Shown: positions 1 through 9,822 of the stretch, in pieces
How the letters are laid out: each line of letters opens with the position of its first letter
Position numbering within the stretch: position 1 is the first letter of the stretch
Assembly: GCA_041571435.1 (NCBI GenBank)
Contig: JBFFUI010000037.1
Coordinates: 1-22,416, forward strand
Direction: 5' to 3'
From: Sulfurimonadaceae bacterium
GTDB lineage: Bacteria; Campylobacterota; Campylobacteria; Campylobacterales; Sulfurimonadaceae
Length of the DNA stretch: 22,416 nucleotides
The notes under the pieces: model-generated
Databases searched by the model: none
What the model was told of the DNA's origin: nothing
What the model saw: the letters and a program-made list of their open reading frames with translations, nothing else
Made by a program: the position numbers and the translations under genes

Positions 1-2
1 CA

Positions 3-776
<774 letters not shown>

Positions 777-809
777 TAGCTCGGCTACTCTTTAACATAA
801 AGGCTAACA

Positions 810-1202
810 ATGGAAACTCTTAAATTAGAAGTTGTAACACCGAGCGGACTTATCTACGATGGTACTGCCCTTGAGGTTACACTACCTGGTGAAGAGGGGG
901 AATTTGGTGTTCTTCCTCATCACGCTTCTCTCACAACACAGCTTAAAGCAGGTGTTGTCGACATAGAAAAAGAGGATAAAAGTGTCGAATCTATCGTTGT
1001 AAACTGGGGTGTTGTCCAGGTCAACGAAGAGAAAGTTGTTGTACTTGTTGACGGTGCTGTTGCAATTCGCGGCGAAAGCGAAAGCGAAATCGCCAAAGCA
1101 CTTGATGATGCCAAGACACTTCTTGCAGACGTCTCTGACTCTAATCTTGCTATCGCTTCTGTATCTGCAAAGATCGAATCGGCAGCACATAAGCTAGTGT
1201 AG
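810..1202 (+). CDS. atpC: F0F1 ATP synthase subunit epsilon
   Basis: 130 aa; LEVVTP...LPGEEGEFGVLPHH motif; directly follows atpD; AAGG RBS upstream. Confidence 0.97.
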   Translation: METLKLEVVTPSGLIYDGTALEVTLPGEEGEFGVLPHHASLTTQLKAGVVDIEKEDKSVESIVVNWGVVQVNEEKVVVLVDGAVAIRGESESEIAKALDDAKTLLADVSDSNLAIASVSAKIESAAHKLV

Positions 1203-1206
1203 GCTT

Positions 1207-1776
1207 ATGGAAAACTTTTCTGACTTTATCTCCCAAAGTCACAGTGTCACACTTATGGTGTTGGCACTTCTCTCGATCTACTTCATACTGGTAAACTGGG
1301 TCTTTTACTACCGTTTTTTCTCTCTTAACAGCTGGATAGAACGTGAAACACTCTCGCTTGAACAACTTCTTATGGGTGGTGAAAACGTAGCAACGAATGC
1401 TTACCTCTACAAGTTTTTAAGTGCCAGTTCCAAAGTAACAAGAGAGATCTTTGATCTTGGGATGTTCTCCGCAAGCAAAGAGTCTACAAAAGGGCTCTCA
1501 TACCTCTCAGTTGTTGCATCAACTTCACCGTTTATCGGCCTGTTTGGTACAGTTGTCTCTATTTTGGACACCTTTGATAATATTGGCGGTGCCGGTGGCA
1601 TGAACATGATCGCCGCAGGCGTCTCCGATGCGCTAATAGCCACTGCCGGCGGAATTTTTGTCGCGATCTTTGCGTACACCTATCACCAGATATTAAAGCG
1701 CCGTGCCTTTGAGCTTAACGGTCTTATCCGTATGCAACGTGATTCCGTACTTTCACAGATGGCTGAAGAGGCATAA
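1207..1776 (+). CDS. tolQ: MotA/TolQ/ExbB proton channel protein (TolQ-like)
   Basis: Three hydrophobic segments with SPFIGLFGTV and ALIATAGG motifs; first gene of a tol-pal cluster. Confidence 0.9.
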   Translation: MENFSDFISQSHSVTLMVLALLSIYFILVNWVFYYRFFSLNSWIERETLSLEQLLMGGENVATNAYLYKFLSASSKVTREIFDLGMFSASKESTKGLSYLSVVASTSPFIGLFGTVVSILDTFDNIGGAGGMNMIAAGVSDALIATAGGIFVAIFAYTYHQILKRRAFELNGLIRMQRDSVLSQMAEEA

Positions 1777-2171
1777 TGAACGATTTCGATTGGGAAGAAT
1801 CTCCGGAACTTAACATCACGCCGCTTGTTGACGTGATGCTTGTCCTTTTGGCTATTCTCATGGTCATCGCACCAACTGTCATCTATGAAGAGATGATTAA
1901 ACTGCCGCAAGGTTCTGCAACAAAACAGATCGAGAAAAAAGCGCCTGTGCATATCACTGTTGACGAAAACGGCAACGTAGCTGTCAACAAAGAGAATTTC
2001 GAGCTTGCAGGTTTTACCGATAACTTCTATCGTTATGCTGAAAAACTTGACAAAGAGGCGACGGTGCTGATCAGTGCAGACAAGACATTGGATTATGGCC
2101 TGGTCATGTCTATTCTCGGTGCGGTCAAACAAGCGGGATTTACCGAAGTCTCACTTGCTACTAACGGTTAA
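1776..2171 (+). CDS. tolR: ExbD/TolR family protein
   Basis: LNITPLVDVMLVLL with the conserved Asp, and ISADK..L.YG.VM..L...K.AGF; TAATG stop/start coupling with tolQ. Confidence 0.92.
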   Translation: MNDFDWEESPELNITPLVDVMLVLLAILMVIAPTVIYEEMIKLPQGSATKQIEKKAPVHITVDENGNVAVNKENFELAGFTDNFYRYAEKLDKEATVLISADKTLDYGLVMSILGAVKQAGFTEVSLATNG

Positions 2172-2211
2172 TCGCAACACGTTACACTTTCAAAAACAGG
2201 CAGGGTAGGTA

Positions 2212-2994
2212 ATGGTGCAAAGCAGCCAAGAAGATCGCTATTTTTACATAAGCGGCCTTATCTCTTTCAGCCTTTTTTTCGCCGTTGTCCTTCTCTTTAT
2301 TCTGGTCATCCTTCACAAAAGCTCGATTGAGACCTTTGCGATGCAAAAAGACAACTACATATCGGTTTCACTTGACATGGTCGTCCCCTTACCAACAAAA
2401 AATAATGCAAAACCCGATCCGAAACCGACACCTAAAGAGGAACCCTTACCCGAACCTGAACCTGTTACGGACGAGATGGAAACGACACCCGAAACGGTCG
2501 AAACGGACGTCTCTTCTCTCTTTGACGATGTATGGACACAGAGTGCCGATACAAAAGTAGAGAAGAAAGAGGAGAAGATCGATTCGAAACGTCTGGCTGC
2601 TATAGAAAAACGGATAGAGAAGAAAGAGGCCACACAAACACATAAGGCGAGTGACACGATCAAAACCTTAGATCTGGTAAAGCCCTCTATAGAAGTGGTC
2701 GGCGGGTCAGCTTCCACGGCACCAGAGGTAAATGAATATTTGGCTAAAATACACGCACAAGTCAAAGCCAAGTTCTATCCACCGGCCAGCAGTGAAGGCG
2801 AAAGTGCCAAGGTCCGTGTGCGACTTGATGCAAATGGAAATGTCACCAGTTACCGGGTTCTAGTCTATTCCGGTGTCCCTATTTTCAACGAAGAAGTTGA
2901 CAGATTGGATAGACGCCTGAAGCGGATGACATTTCCAAAAAATCCAGACGGGAAGTCGATCTCGCTGGACATTATTTTAACAGTTGAGGAGTAA
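2212..2994 (+). CDS. TolA/TonB-type energy transducer (N-terminal TM, Pro/Lys/Glu-rich linker, TonB_C-like domain)
   Basis: Single TM, PKPDPKPTPKEEPLPEPEP linker and a C-terminal TonB-like domain; lies between tolR and tolB. Confidence 0.85.
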   Translation: MVQSSQEDRYFYISGLISFSLFFAVVLLFILVILHKSSIETFAMQKDNYISVSLDMVVPLPTKNNAKPDPKPTPKEEPLPEPEPVTDEMETTPETVETDVSSLFDDVWTQSADTKVEKKEEKIDSKRLAAIEKRIEKKEATQTHKASDTIKTLDLVKPSIEVVGGSASTAPEVNEYLAKIHAQVKAKFYPPASSEGESAKVRVRLDANGNVTSYRVLVYSGVPIFNEEVDRLDRRLKRMTFPKNPDGKSISLDIILTVEE

Positions 2995-2996
2995 TA

Positions 2997-4244
2997 ATGC
3001 GTATTATCTTTGGAGTGATCTTTTCAGCACTTATATTGTGGGGTTCGGATGCCACCATCGAGGTCAAAAAGAGTGTTGATTCGTTTCCTTCTATTGCAGT
3101 AGAAGATGCGTCTGTCGATTTCAGCGACGGTCTAAGTCAGCGTTTTTTTCGTGTCATGGTAAGTGATTTGAATGTACTGAGTATCTTCAATGTCGATCGT
3201 GACTATGTCAAAGTTGACTTTGGTGACGAGCATGTCGCTGACACGCATAAAGAGTTAGATTATGTACTTCGCTACCAGCTGGTAGATGATAACGGAGTGA
3301 TGGTCGTAAATGTCAATCTTATCAACAACGACAAGGTGATGCATGAACTTAACTATCGTATCAAAAACCCAAAACAGTATGTCTTTTTAGTCCATACAAT
3401 CGCAGCTGCTATCAATGATTTTATGGGTGAAGATCCGGTTGACTGGATGAAAGAGAAAGTAATCATATCCAGATCGACAAGCCCGCGTACTTCAGAGATC
3501 CTGATCACCGACTATACCTTGAGCTATCAGTTCTCGATCAAGCGCACCGGTCTGAACGTCTTTCCTAAATGGACAGACGAGAGTAAACAATATTTTTACT
3601 ACACAAGCCTGACCAGTGGAACGCCTGAACTGCGCAAACACGGTGTATATGATAAAAGTGATGTCTCTATACTATCATCAGACGGTATGCTGGTCTGTTC
3701 GGATGTTAGTGAGGATGGTAAAAAACTGCTGCTTACAATGGCACCGAAAGGACAGCCGGATATTTATGAATATGACACCTCTTCCAAAAAGCTGACGCGG
3801 ATCACCAAATACAGCGGCATCGATGTTAATGCACAATACATGGCAGATGGCAGAATCGCTTTTATCTCAAATCGCCTGGGTTATCCGAATGTTTTCTCTA
3901 AACAGATCGCTTCTCAAGCAACCGAGCAGATGGTCTATGTCGGAAAAAGCAATTCCTCATGTACGGCGCATGACAACTACATCATCTATAAAGCACGTGA
4001 AAGTTCAAACGCATTTTCGAACAACACCTTTAATCTGCATCTGATTTCGACTAAAACAGACTTCATCCGTCGATTGACGGTAACCGGTATTAATGAACAC
4101 CCTCTCTTCTCGCGAGACGGCGGTACGGTACTATTTGTTAAAAAATACAAAAACCAGAGCTCCATCGGTGTGATTCGCCTTAACCAGAACAAAAATTATC
4201 TTTTCCCGCTTACAGGCGGTCCTATACAGTCGATCGACTGGTAA
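2997..4244 (+). CDS. tolB: Tol-Pal system beta-propeller protein TolB
   Basis: Signal peptide; PD40-like repeats (FPKW, SDVSEDG, IAFISNRLGYP, PLFSRDG); C-terminal SIDW; upstream of pal. Confidence 0.95.
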   Translation: MRIIFGVIFSALILWGSDATIEVKKSVDSFPSIAVEDASVDFSDGLSQRFFRVMVSDLNVLSIFNVDRDYVKVDFGDEHVADTHKELDYVLRYQLVDDNGVMVVNVNLINNDKVMHELNYRIKNPKQYVFLVHTIAAAINDFMGEDPVDWMKEKVIISRSTSPRTSEILITDYTLSYQFSIKRTGLNVFPKWTDESKQYFYYTSLTSGTPELRKHGVYDKSDVSILSSDGMLVCSDVSEDGKKLLLTMAPKGQPDIYEYDTSSKKLTRITKYSGIDVNAQYMADGRIAFISNRLGYPNVFSKQIASQATEQMVYVGKSNSSCTAHDNYIIYKARESSNAFSNNTFNLHLISTKTDFIRRLTVTGINEHPLFSRDGGTVLFVKKYKNQSSIGVIRLNQNKNYLFPLTGGPIQSIDW

Positions 4245-4278
4245 TCCTTCCATAGTTGGGAAGTAATATGACCTCTTT

Positions 4279-4303
4279 GGTCCCTTGAAATAGGGGCCTT
4301 TTT
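4279..4303 (+). terminator. Probable intrinsic terminator after tolB
   Basis: Hairpin GGTCCCT-tgaaat-AGGGGCC (one G-U pair) followed by TTTTT. Confidence 0.6.
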
Positions 4304-4423
4304 CTCTTTTTCACCTAATGTCAGATTTTAAAAACTTTTCCACGATCAAGTTTACTCTTTGTTGCATATTCTTCATTATAATTCTGAAAATTGATACGAT
4401 TAGCTTCTCTTTATAAAAAAAAA

Positions 4424-4434
4424 GCTAAAATCGC
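4424..4434 (+). promoter_or_regulatory. Putative housekeeping-sigma -10 element for pal
   Basis: gcTAAAATcgc about 30 nt upstream of the pal ATG, in an AT-rich region; the same 11-mer precedes slyD. Confidence 0.55.
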
Positions 4435-4459
4435 CTATCAAACTATCCGAAGGAATAAA

Positions 4460-5020
4460 ATGAAAGCTTTACTTTACGCAAGTACGATTACTGCGATGTT
4501 AGTATTTACAGGGTGTGGCGGTACTGAACCGACAGTCGATGATTCGGCAGCAAATGCTAACCAGGAAGAGATTAATATTGTTGACGAAGGCAGTGCAGCA
4601 GATACACAAGCAGGTATTAAGTCGACTGATCTCGATGCAGGAGCATTGACACTAGAGAGTATTGAAGCAAAAATGTCGCCTATCTATTTTGGATTTGACA
4701 AATACAAATTGGCGGATGAAGATATTGATACACTACGTCAAAACGTGAAACTTGTTAAAAGTGATACTGAAGCTATGAACATCGCAAGTAACTATTCACT
4801 TAAACTTGAAGGTAATTGTGATGAGTGGGGCTCAGACGAATATAACTTCGCACTTGGTCTTAAGCGTGCTAACGCGGTTAAAGATGAGCTGATCAATGAC
4901 GGTATTGCTGCCGAGCGTATCAACTTGGTAAGTTATGGTTCAAGTAATCCTGTCTGTACTGAAAAAACACAAGAGTGCTGGTCTAAAAACCGTCGTGTCG
5001 ACTTCAAACTTCTACCATAG
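4460..5020 (+). CDS. pal: Peptidoglycan-associated lipoprotein Pal (OmpA-C domain)
   Basis: ATG 4460 with AAGGA RBS is preferred over the track's TTG 4391. Lipobox FTGC; EGNCDEWGSDEYNFALGLKRA and KNRRVDF motifs. Confidence 0.95.
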   Translation: MKALLYASTITAMLVFTGCGGTEPTVDDSAANANQEEINIVDEGSAADTQAGIKSTDLDAGALTLESIEAKMSPIYFGFDKYKLADEDIDTLRQNVKLVKSDTEAMNIASNYSLKLEGNCDEWGSDEYNFALGLKRANAVKDELINDGIAAERINLVSYGSSNPVCTEKTQECWSKNRRVDFKLLP

Positions 5021-5027
5021 ATTGTAA

Positions 5028-5921
5028 ATGCGTATCGCACTATCTCTTTCCCTTTTTTTTCTTTCTTTCACCCTTTTAGCCGATGAACCATCGGCATTTG
5101 GTGCAGGTGACCTTGACAGCGACAACCCGTATGGGCTTACTGCAGCTGAAAAGAAGATTCTTCAGAACAACAAGTCGTTAAAGCAGAACAATCGCAAACT
5201 CAACTCCCAAAAAAGTGAGATTGAGTCTCTTCGAGAGCGTATTGACGGGCTTCAGTCTGTTCTGGAATCGATTGCGATGAAATCGCAGAAAAACAAAGTT
5301 GCGCTAGGTGATATTACCAAAACACGCGAAAATGAAGGTGCCAATACCCAAGAGCGCCTACTGGCACTTGAAACGCGGATCGCAACCAACAATGAAAATA
5401 TTGTCCAACTTAAAACGGCGATCGAAGAGTTGGGCAAGCTTATTGATGAACAGAGTGTGACAAAAGAAGAGCATAATGCACTGGTAGAAGATGTCAATGC
5501 CTTTAAGCTACTGGTTGCAAATGAACTGAAAAAGAAGGCTAAACAGAGCAGTTCAACAGTTAGTAGCGGTGATCTTGCCACACAGGCAAAGAGACATTAT
5601 GACAAGAAGAACTATTCAAAAGCTCTAAACGATTACAAAGAACTGGTGAACCGCAAATATAAACCTGCCTACAGCCACTATATGATTGCGCAATGCTACT
5701 TTGCACTGAATGACTACGGTCCGGCTATCGCGCACTATAAAGAGAGCGCATCCCGCTATAAGAAAGCATCGTACATGCCGACGTTGATGTTACGTACTGC
5801 TTATTCAATGGAAAAAACGGGAGACGTTATAAATGCGAAAAAGTTTTATAATGCTGTTATCGCCAAATACCCGGGTTCCAGTGAAGCTCAAAAAGCAGAA
5901 AGTTACCTGTCAAAGCTGTAA
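5028..5921 (+). CDS. cpoB: CpoB/YbgF-like TPR protein of the tol-pal cluster
   Basis: Signal peptide, EPSAFGAG N-terminus, long coiled coil and C-terminal TPRs ending KYPGSSEAQKA; directly after pal. Confidence 0.85.
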   Translation: MRIALSLSLFFLSFTLLADEPSAFGAGDLDSDNPYGLTAAEKKILQNNKSLKQNNRKLNSQKSEIESLRERIDGLQSVLESIAMKSQKNKVALGDITKTRENEGANTQERLLALETRIATNNENIVQLKTAIEELGKLIDEQSVTKEEHNALVEDVNAFKLLVANELKKKAKQSSSTVSSGDLATQAKRHYDKKNYSKALNDYKELVNRKYKPAYSHYMIAQCYFALNDYGPAIAHYKESASRYKKASYMPTLMLRTAYSMEKTGDVINAKKFYNAVIAKYPGSSEAQKAESYLSKL

Positions 5922-6122
5922 TGCAGTGTATCACGCATTGAATACAGCTTAACACTGGATTCCTGCACAGGCTTTCTATTTTCATTCTTCTTATTTCCTC
6001 TTCGCTAACTGATTTTTTGCCAATTCAAAGACAAATAAATTGCACTTTTCATCTATTTCAACTGACTATTGATGCTACAGGACAGGCTACTGATTAATTT
6101 TCAGCCAATCCATAGATTAATC

Positions 6123-6131
6123 TGCTAAAAT
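6123..6131 (+). promoter_or_regulatory. Extended -10 promoter element (TGnTAAAAT) for slyD
   Basis: TGCTAAAAT 47 nt upstream of the slyD ATG; AGAGGA RBS at 6167-6172. Confidence 0.6.
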
Positions 6132-6178
6132 CGCGGTTAAATTATCAAAAAGCCAAATTGGCCAAAAGAGGAATTAAA

Positions 6179-6688
6179 ATGTCAATTTCAGAAAATCAAG
6201 TTGTTTCTATTGAATACGAAGTAAAAGACGGAGCAACGATCGTTGACTCAAATGTAGGTGGTGCTCCACTGGTATTTATCTACGGAAAAGGTCAGATCAT
6301 TCCAGGTCTTGAAGCTGGAATTGCTAACATGTCTATTGGTGATAAGGGCGATGTTCTTGTTAAACCTGAAGATGCATACGGTGAATACAACGCTGAAGCA
6401 ACACAATCGGTACCAAAAGAGCAATTTGCCGGTATCGAGCTTGAAGTAGGACAAACACTATACGGTCAAGGTGAAGATGGCGGTACTGTTCAGGTCACTG
6501 TTAAAGAGATCGGTGAAGAGGAAGTCACAGTTGACTTTAACCACCCACTTGCGGGTAAAGAATTGATGTTCACTGTTACAATCAACAACGTGCGCGACGC
6601 TTCAGCTGACGAAATCCTTTCCGGTGTTCCAGCTGAAAATGCTCCTGCTAAAGGTGAGTCATGTGGCTCAGGCTGTGGCTGTCACTAG
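6179..6688 (+). CDS. slyD: FKBP-type peptidyl-prolyl isomerase SlyD
   Basis: ATG 6179 follows an RBS; G.GQIIPGLE, PEDAYG and VDFNHPLAGKEL motifs; short Cys/His tail SCGSGCGCH. Confidence 0.95.
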   Translation: MSISENQVVSIEYEVKDGATIVDSNVGGAPLVFIYGKGQIIPGLEAGIANMSIGDKGDVLVKPEDAYGEYNAEATQSVPKEQFAGIELEVGQTLYGQGEDGGTVQVTVKEIGEEEVTVDFNHPLAGKELMFTVTINNVRDASADEILSGVPAENAPAKGESCGSGCGCH

Positions 6689-7433
6689 TTTTTTAGGGAC
6701 ATCGCGTGCTTCTGCAGAAGCATTTAAAACTGCGAATCTATTAAAAACACTCAACGTAAATGCACTTATTTACGGTGAACATGGAACGGGTAAGCTGACA
6801 CTTGCTCGTTACATTCTTCCTAATGCCCCGATATTCAGCACAGAAAATTTTGATGAACTTTTAGAGGCGATCAACAGTAACAAAGAGATTATTATTACTC
6901 ATATTGAAGAGGCACCTAATCTCAAACGCCTTATCGATGCGATCGCTGCATCAAACGTACGTGTGCTTGTTACAAGCAGGGATACTGCTCTAAATGAGCT
7001 GATGGAGGAGAACTTTAGTGTTCGTATTCATATCCCGCCATTGCGTGAGCGCTTGGAAGACATTGAGCCATTGATGGAACTTTTCATAGATGAAGCAAAT
7101 GCCATCTTTGGTGAGGATAAGCCGTTTGAGATGCCGACATATGAGTTTGATCTTAGTAAAAATGCCATCTCGCTTCGCAGACAGCTTTTTTTACACTACC
7201 AGTTCAGCAACATCAGCGAAAACAATCTGATCGGGATAATAGAGCAGTATTTGAGTGATAAACTCGGCTCACAAAATGATTATCGAAAGTTTCTGCATCT
7301 GTATGAGGTACCGTTGATCCGTGTCGGGTTAAAACAGTTCAAGTCTCAACTTCAGCTCTCTGACAAGCTGGGACTTAACAGGAACACTCTTCGCAAGAAG
7401 ATAGCCGAAAACAGCCAATATGGTCTGGAATAA
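6675..7433 (+). CDS. Fis-HTH transcriptional regulator with a degenerate sigma54-activator-like AAA+ domain
   Basis: Walker A GEHGTGK, IPPLRERLEDI motif and C-terminal LGLNRNTLRKKI HTH; no GAFTGA. Start uncertain (GTG 6675, ATG 6639 or GTG 6624, all overlapping slyD). Confidence 0.8.
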   Translation: MAVTSFLGTSRASAEAFKTANLLKTLNVNALIYGEHGTGKLTLARYILPNAPIFSTENFDELLEAINSNKEIIITHIEEAPNLKRLIDAIAASNVRVLVTSRDTALNELMEENFSVRIHIPPLRERLEDIEPLMELFIDEANAIFGEDKPFEMPTYEFDLSKNAISLRRQLFLHYQFSNISENNLIGIIEQYLSDKLGSQNDYRKFLHLYEVPLIRVGLKQFKSQLQLSDKLGLNRNTLRKKIAENSQYGLE

Positions 7434-7457
7434 CAAAGATAAATAAAAGGAAAATTT

Positions 7458-8396
7458 ATGAGTAAAAGAGTTGCGATGATCTTCCCTGGCCAGGGAAGTC
7501 AGACAATCGGGATGGGTAAGTCTTTTTATGAGAACTCTGATCTTGCAAAAGAGATGTTTGACAAGGCAGGTGCACGTATTGGTGTAGATTTTAAAGCACT
7601 TCTTTTTGAAGAGAATGAGCAGATCAACCAAACGGCGTACACGCAACCCGCTATTTTACTTGTGAGCATTATTGCCTATAAACTGTTCCAGCAAAAACTT
7701 GATCTCAAGCCGACGCTTCTGCTTGGTCACTCGCTCGGTGAGATCTCTGCTCTTTGCGCTGCAGGTGCCATTGATTACCTTGATGCTGTTGAACTCGTAC
7801 ACCAGCGTGGTACCTTGATGCAGGCAGCATGCGAGGGAATCGAAGCCGGTATGATGGCTATTGTCGGTCTTGACGATGCATCGATAGAGCAGATCTGTCT
7901 CGATGCCCGTAACAAAGAGAACAAAAAGATCTGGCCGGCGAACTACAATCAGGACGGGCAACTGGTTATTGCCGGTCTTAAACCGGACCTTGCAAGCATG
8001 GAAGACGCATTCAAAGAGGCCGGTGCAAAACGTGCACTGCTGTTGAACATGTCTGTCGCCAGTCACTGCCCGCTTCTGGCACCTGCACAGGCACCGCTGA
8101 AAGCAGAGCTTGAGCGTATGCTGCATGATCCGTTTGTCGCACCGGTCATTTCCAATGTCACGGCTAAACCATATGAAACAAAACAGCAGGCGCTCGAACT
8201 GGTAACAGAACAGTTGGTCAAACCTGTTCTTTACAAGCAGTCGATTGTTGCGATCAAAGAGGATGTCGATATGGCGATCGAGTTTGGTAACGGTTCTGTT
8301 CTCAAAGGGATGAACCGCCGTATCAACAAAGATATGCCGACATTGAATGTGAGTGATATGGACTCACTGCAAAAGGTCCTTGAAGAGCTTTCATGA
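7458..8396 (+). CDS. fabD: Malonyl CoA-ACP transacylase
   Basis: FPGQGSQ, TQPAI, GHSLGE catalytic Ser and SVASHC; strong AAAGGA RBS. Confidence 0.97.
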   Translation: MSKRVAMIFPGQGSQTIGMGKSFYENSDLAKEMFDKAGARIGVDFKALLFEENEQINQTAYTQPAILLVSIIAYKLFQQKLDLKPTLLLGHSLGEISALCAAGAIDYLDAVELVHQRGTLMQAACEGIEAGMMAIVGLDDASIEQICLDARNKENKKIWPANYNQDGQLVIAGLKPDLASMEDAFKEAGAKRALLLNMSVASHCPLLAPAQAPLKAELERMLHDPFVAPVISNVTAKPYETKQQALELVTEQLVKPVLYKQSIVAIKEDVDMAIEFGNGSVLKGMNRRINKDMPTLNVSDMDSLQKVLEELS

Positions 8397-9118
8397 GCCG
8401 GTTTCCTAAGGGCCTGACCCTTGTCCAGAATGCACCTCGATTAAACCGAAGTAATCTGGATGAGGCTCTGTCATATATCGAGCGTGCATCCGAACTCTCC
8501 GATGTTATTATTTTTCCCGAACTCTCTCTTAATGGTTATATGCTGCAGGATAAGCTGCATGAAGATGCATGGTCATTAGATGAATTGAGTGTCCTGAAAG
8601 AGGCAAGTCTAAATATCGACATTGTCATCGGTGCTGCGCTGAAAGAGGTGAACGGGTTTTATAATGCCGCGCTCTACTTTTCGCAGGGGACAATGGTCCA
8701 TGCCCATCATAAAGTACACCTGCCTAACTACGGGATGTTTGAAGAAGCACGCTACTTTAGACCGGGAAACCAGATCAAAAGTTTCGGGACGCGATTTGGC
8801 CGTGCTGCGATGCTGGTCTGTGAGGATCTCTGGGAGGTGAACCTTATGGAAGATCTTGAAGACGAACATCCTGAGATCATCTATGTTCTTGCAGCATCAC
8901 CGGCACGTGGTTTCAATGACAAAGGTCTTGAGATTGAAGCAACCTGGCAGAAACTGCTGGCAAAAGCTGCACAAGATATGCAGGCCGAAGTGGTCTTTGT
9001 CAACCGTGTCGGGTTTGAAGACGGTCTGGGTTTCTGGGGCGGCAGCCGCCTCTTGAACACAAAAGGCGAGATCACGGTTGAACTGCCAAAATTTGATAAT
9101 ATAATAGAAGTGATATAG
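8393..9118 (+). CDS. Carbon-nitrogen hydrolase (nitrilase superfamily), similar to the NAD synthetase glutaminase domain
   Basis: Glu-Lys-Cys triad in FPEL, HHKVHLPNYGMFEEARYF and LVCEDLW; ATGA overlap with fabD. Confidence 0.88.
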   Translation: MSRFPKGLTLVQNAPRLNRSNLDEALSYIERASELSDVIIFPELSLNGYMLQDKLHEDAWSLDELSVLKEASLNIDIVIGAALKEVNGFYNAALYFSQGTMVHAHHKVHLPNYGMFEEARYFRPGNQIKSFGTRFGRAAMLVCEDLWEVNLMEDLEDEHPEIIYVLAASPARGFNDKGLEIEATWQKLLAKAAQDMQAEVVFVNRVGFEDGLGFWGGSRLLNTKGEITVELPKFDNIIEVI

Positions 9119-9129
9119 AAGGAACTGCA

Positions 9130-9822
9130 TTGAAAATAGGAATTATGGGTGCAATGCCCGAAGAGATCGCACCTATCCTCGAAAAAGTGGGTAAGTATAC
9201 GAGTACGGATATTGCTGACAATACCTATTATGAGGCGAACTATAAGGGTGTTGACCTTGTGATCGCCTACTCGAAAATAGGCAAGGTTTTTTCAACACTG
9301 ACGGCAAGTACGATGATCCACCATTTCGGCGTTGAGAAGATGCTCTTTTCCGGTGTGGCCGGTGGGATTAACCCGGCACTTAAGATCGGTGACCTGATTG
9401 CTGCAAGCTCGTTGTGTCAGCATGACCTGGATATAACCGCCTTTGGTCACCCGCACGGTTTTGTACCGGGCGGTTCGCAGTTTGTCGAAACGGACAAGGC
9501 CTTGCGAAAACTTGCCGTTGAAGTGGCCGGTGAGATGGATGTCGCTCTGCAAGAGGGTGTGATAGCCACCGGTGATCAGTTCGTTCACGATCCTGAACGT
9601 AAAGCCTTCATTGAGCGTACGTTCAAGGCGGACGCTTTGGAGATGGAAGGTGCTTCGGTAGCCGTTGTCTGTCACTCCCTGAATGTCCCTGTCTTTATCT
9701 TGCGTGCCATCAGTGACACGGCGGATACGGACGCGAGTTTTAATTTCGATGCATTTATGGAGAGTTCGGCAAAGATCAGCGCCGATTTTATTATGAAAAT
9801 GGTTGATAGACTTGAGAGATAA
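9130..9822 (+). CDS. mtnN: 5'-methylthioadenosine/S-adenosylhomocysteine nucleosidase (Pfs/MTAN)
   Basis: TTG start with GAAGGA RBS; KIGIMGAMPEE, IATGDQF, LEMEGAS and LRAISDTAD motifs. Confidence 0.95.
   Translation: MKIGIMGAMPEEIAPILEKVGKYTSTDIADNTYYEANYKGVDLVIAYSKIGKVFSTLTASTMIHHFGVEKMLFSGVAGGINPALKIGDLIAASSLCQHDLDITAFGHPHGFVPGGSQFVETDKALRKLAVEVAGEMDVALQEGVIATGDQFVHDPERKAFIERTFKADALEMEGASVAVVCHSLNVPVFILRAISDTADTDASFNFDAFMESSAKISADFIMKMVDRLER

Noticed and set aside
4391-4459. Upstream starts in the ORF track (pal 4391, slyD 6158, lipoprotein 11908, TerB-like 15145, ChaN 15086)
   Set aside because: Downstream starts have better RBS placement and give normal signal peptides or N-termini.
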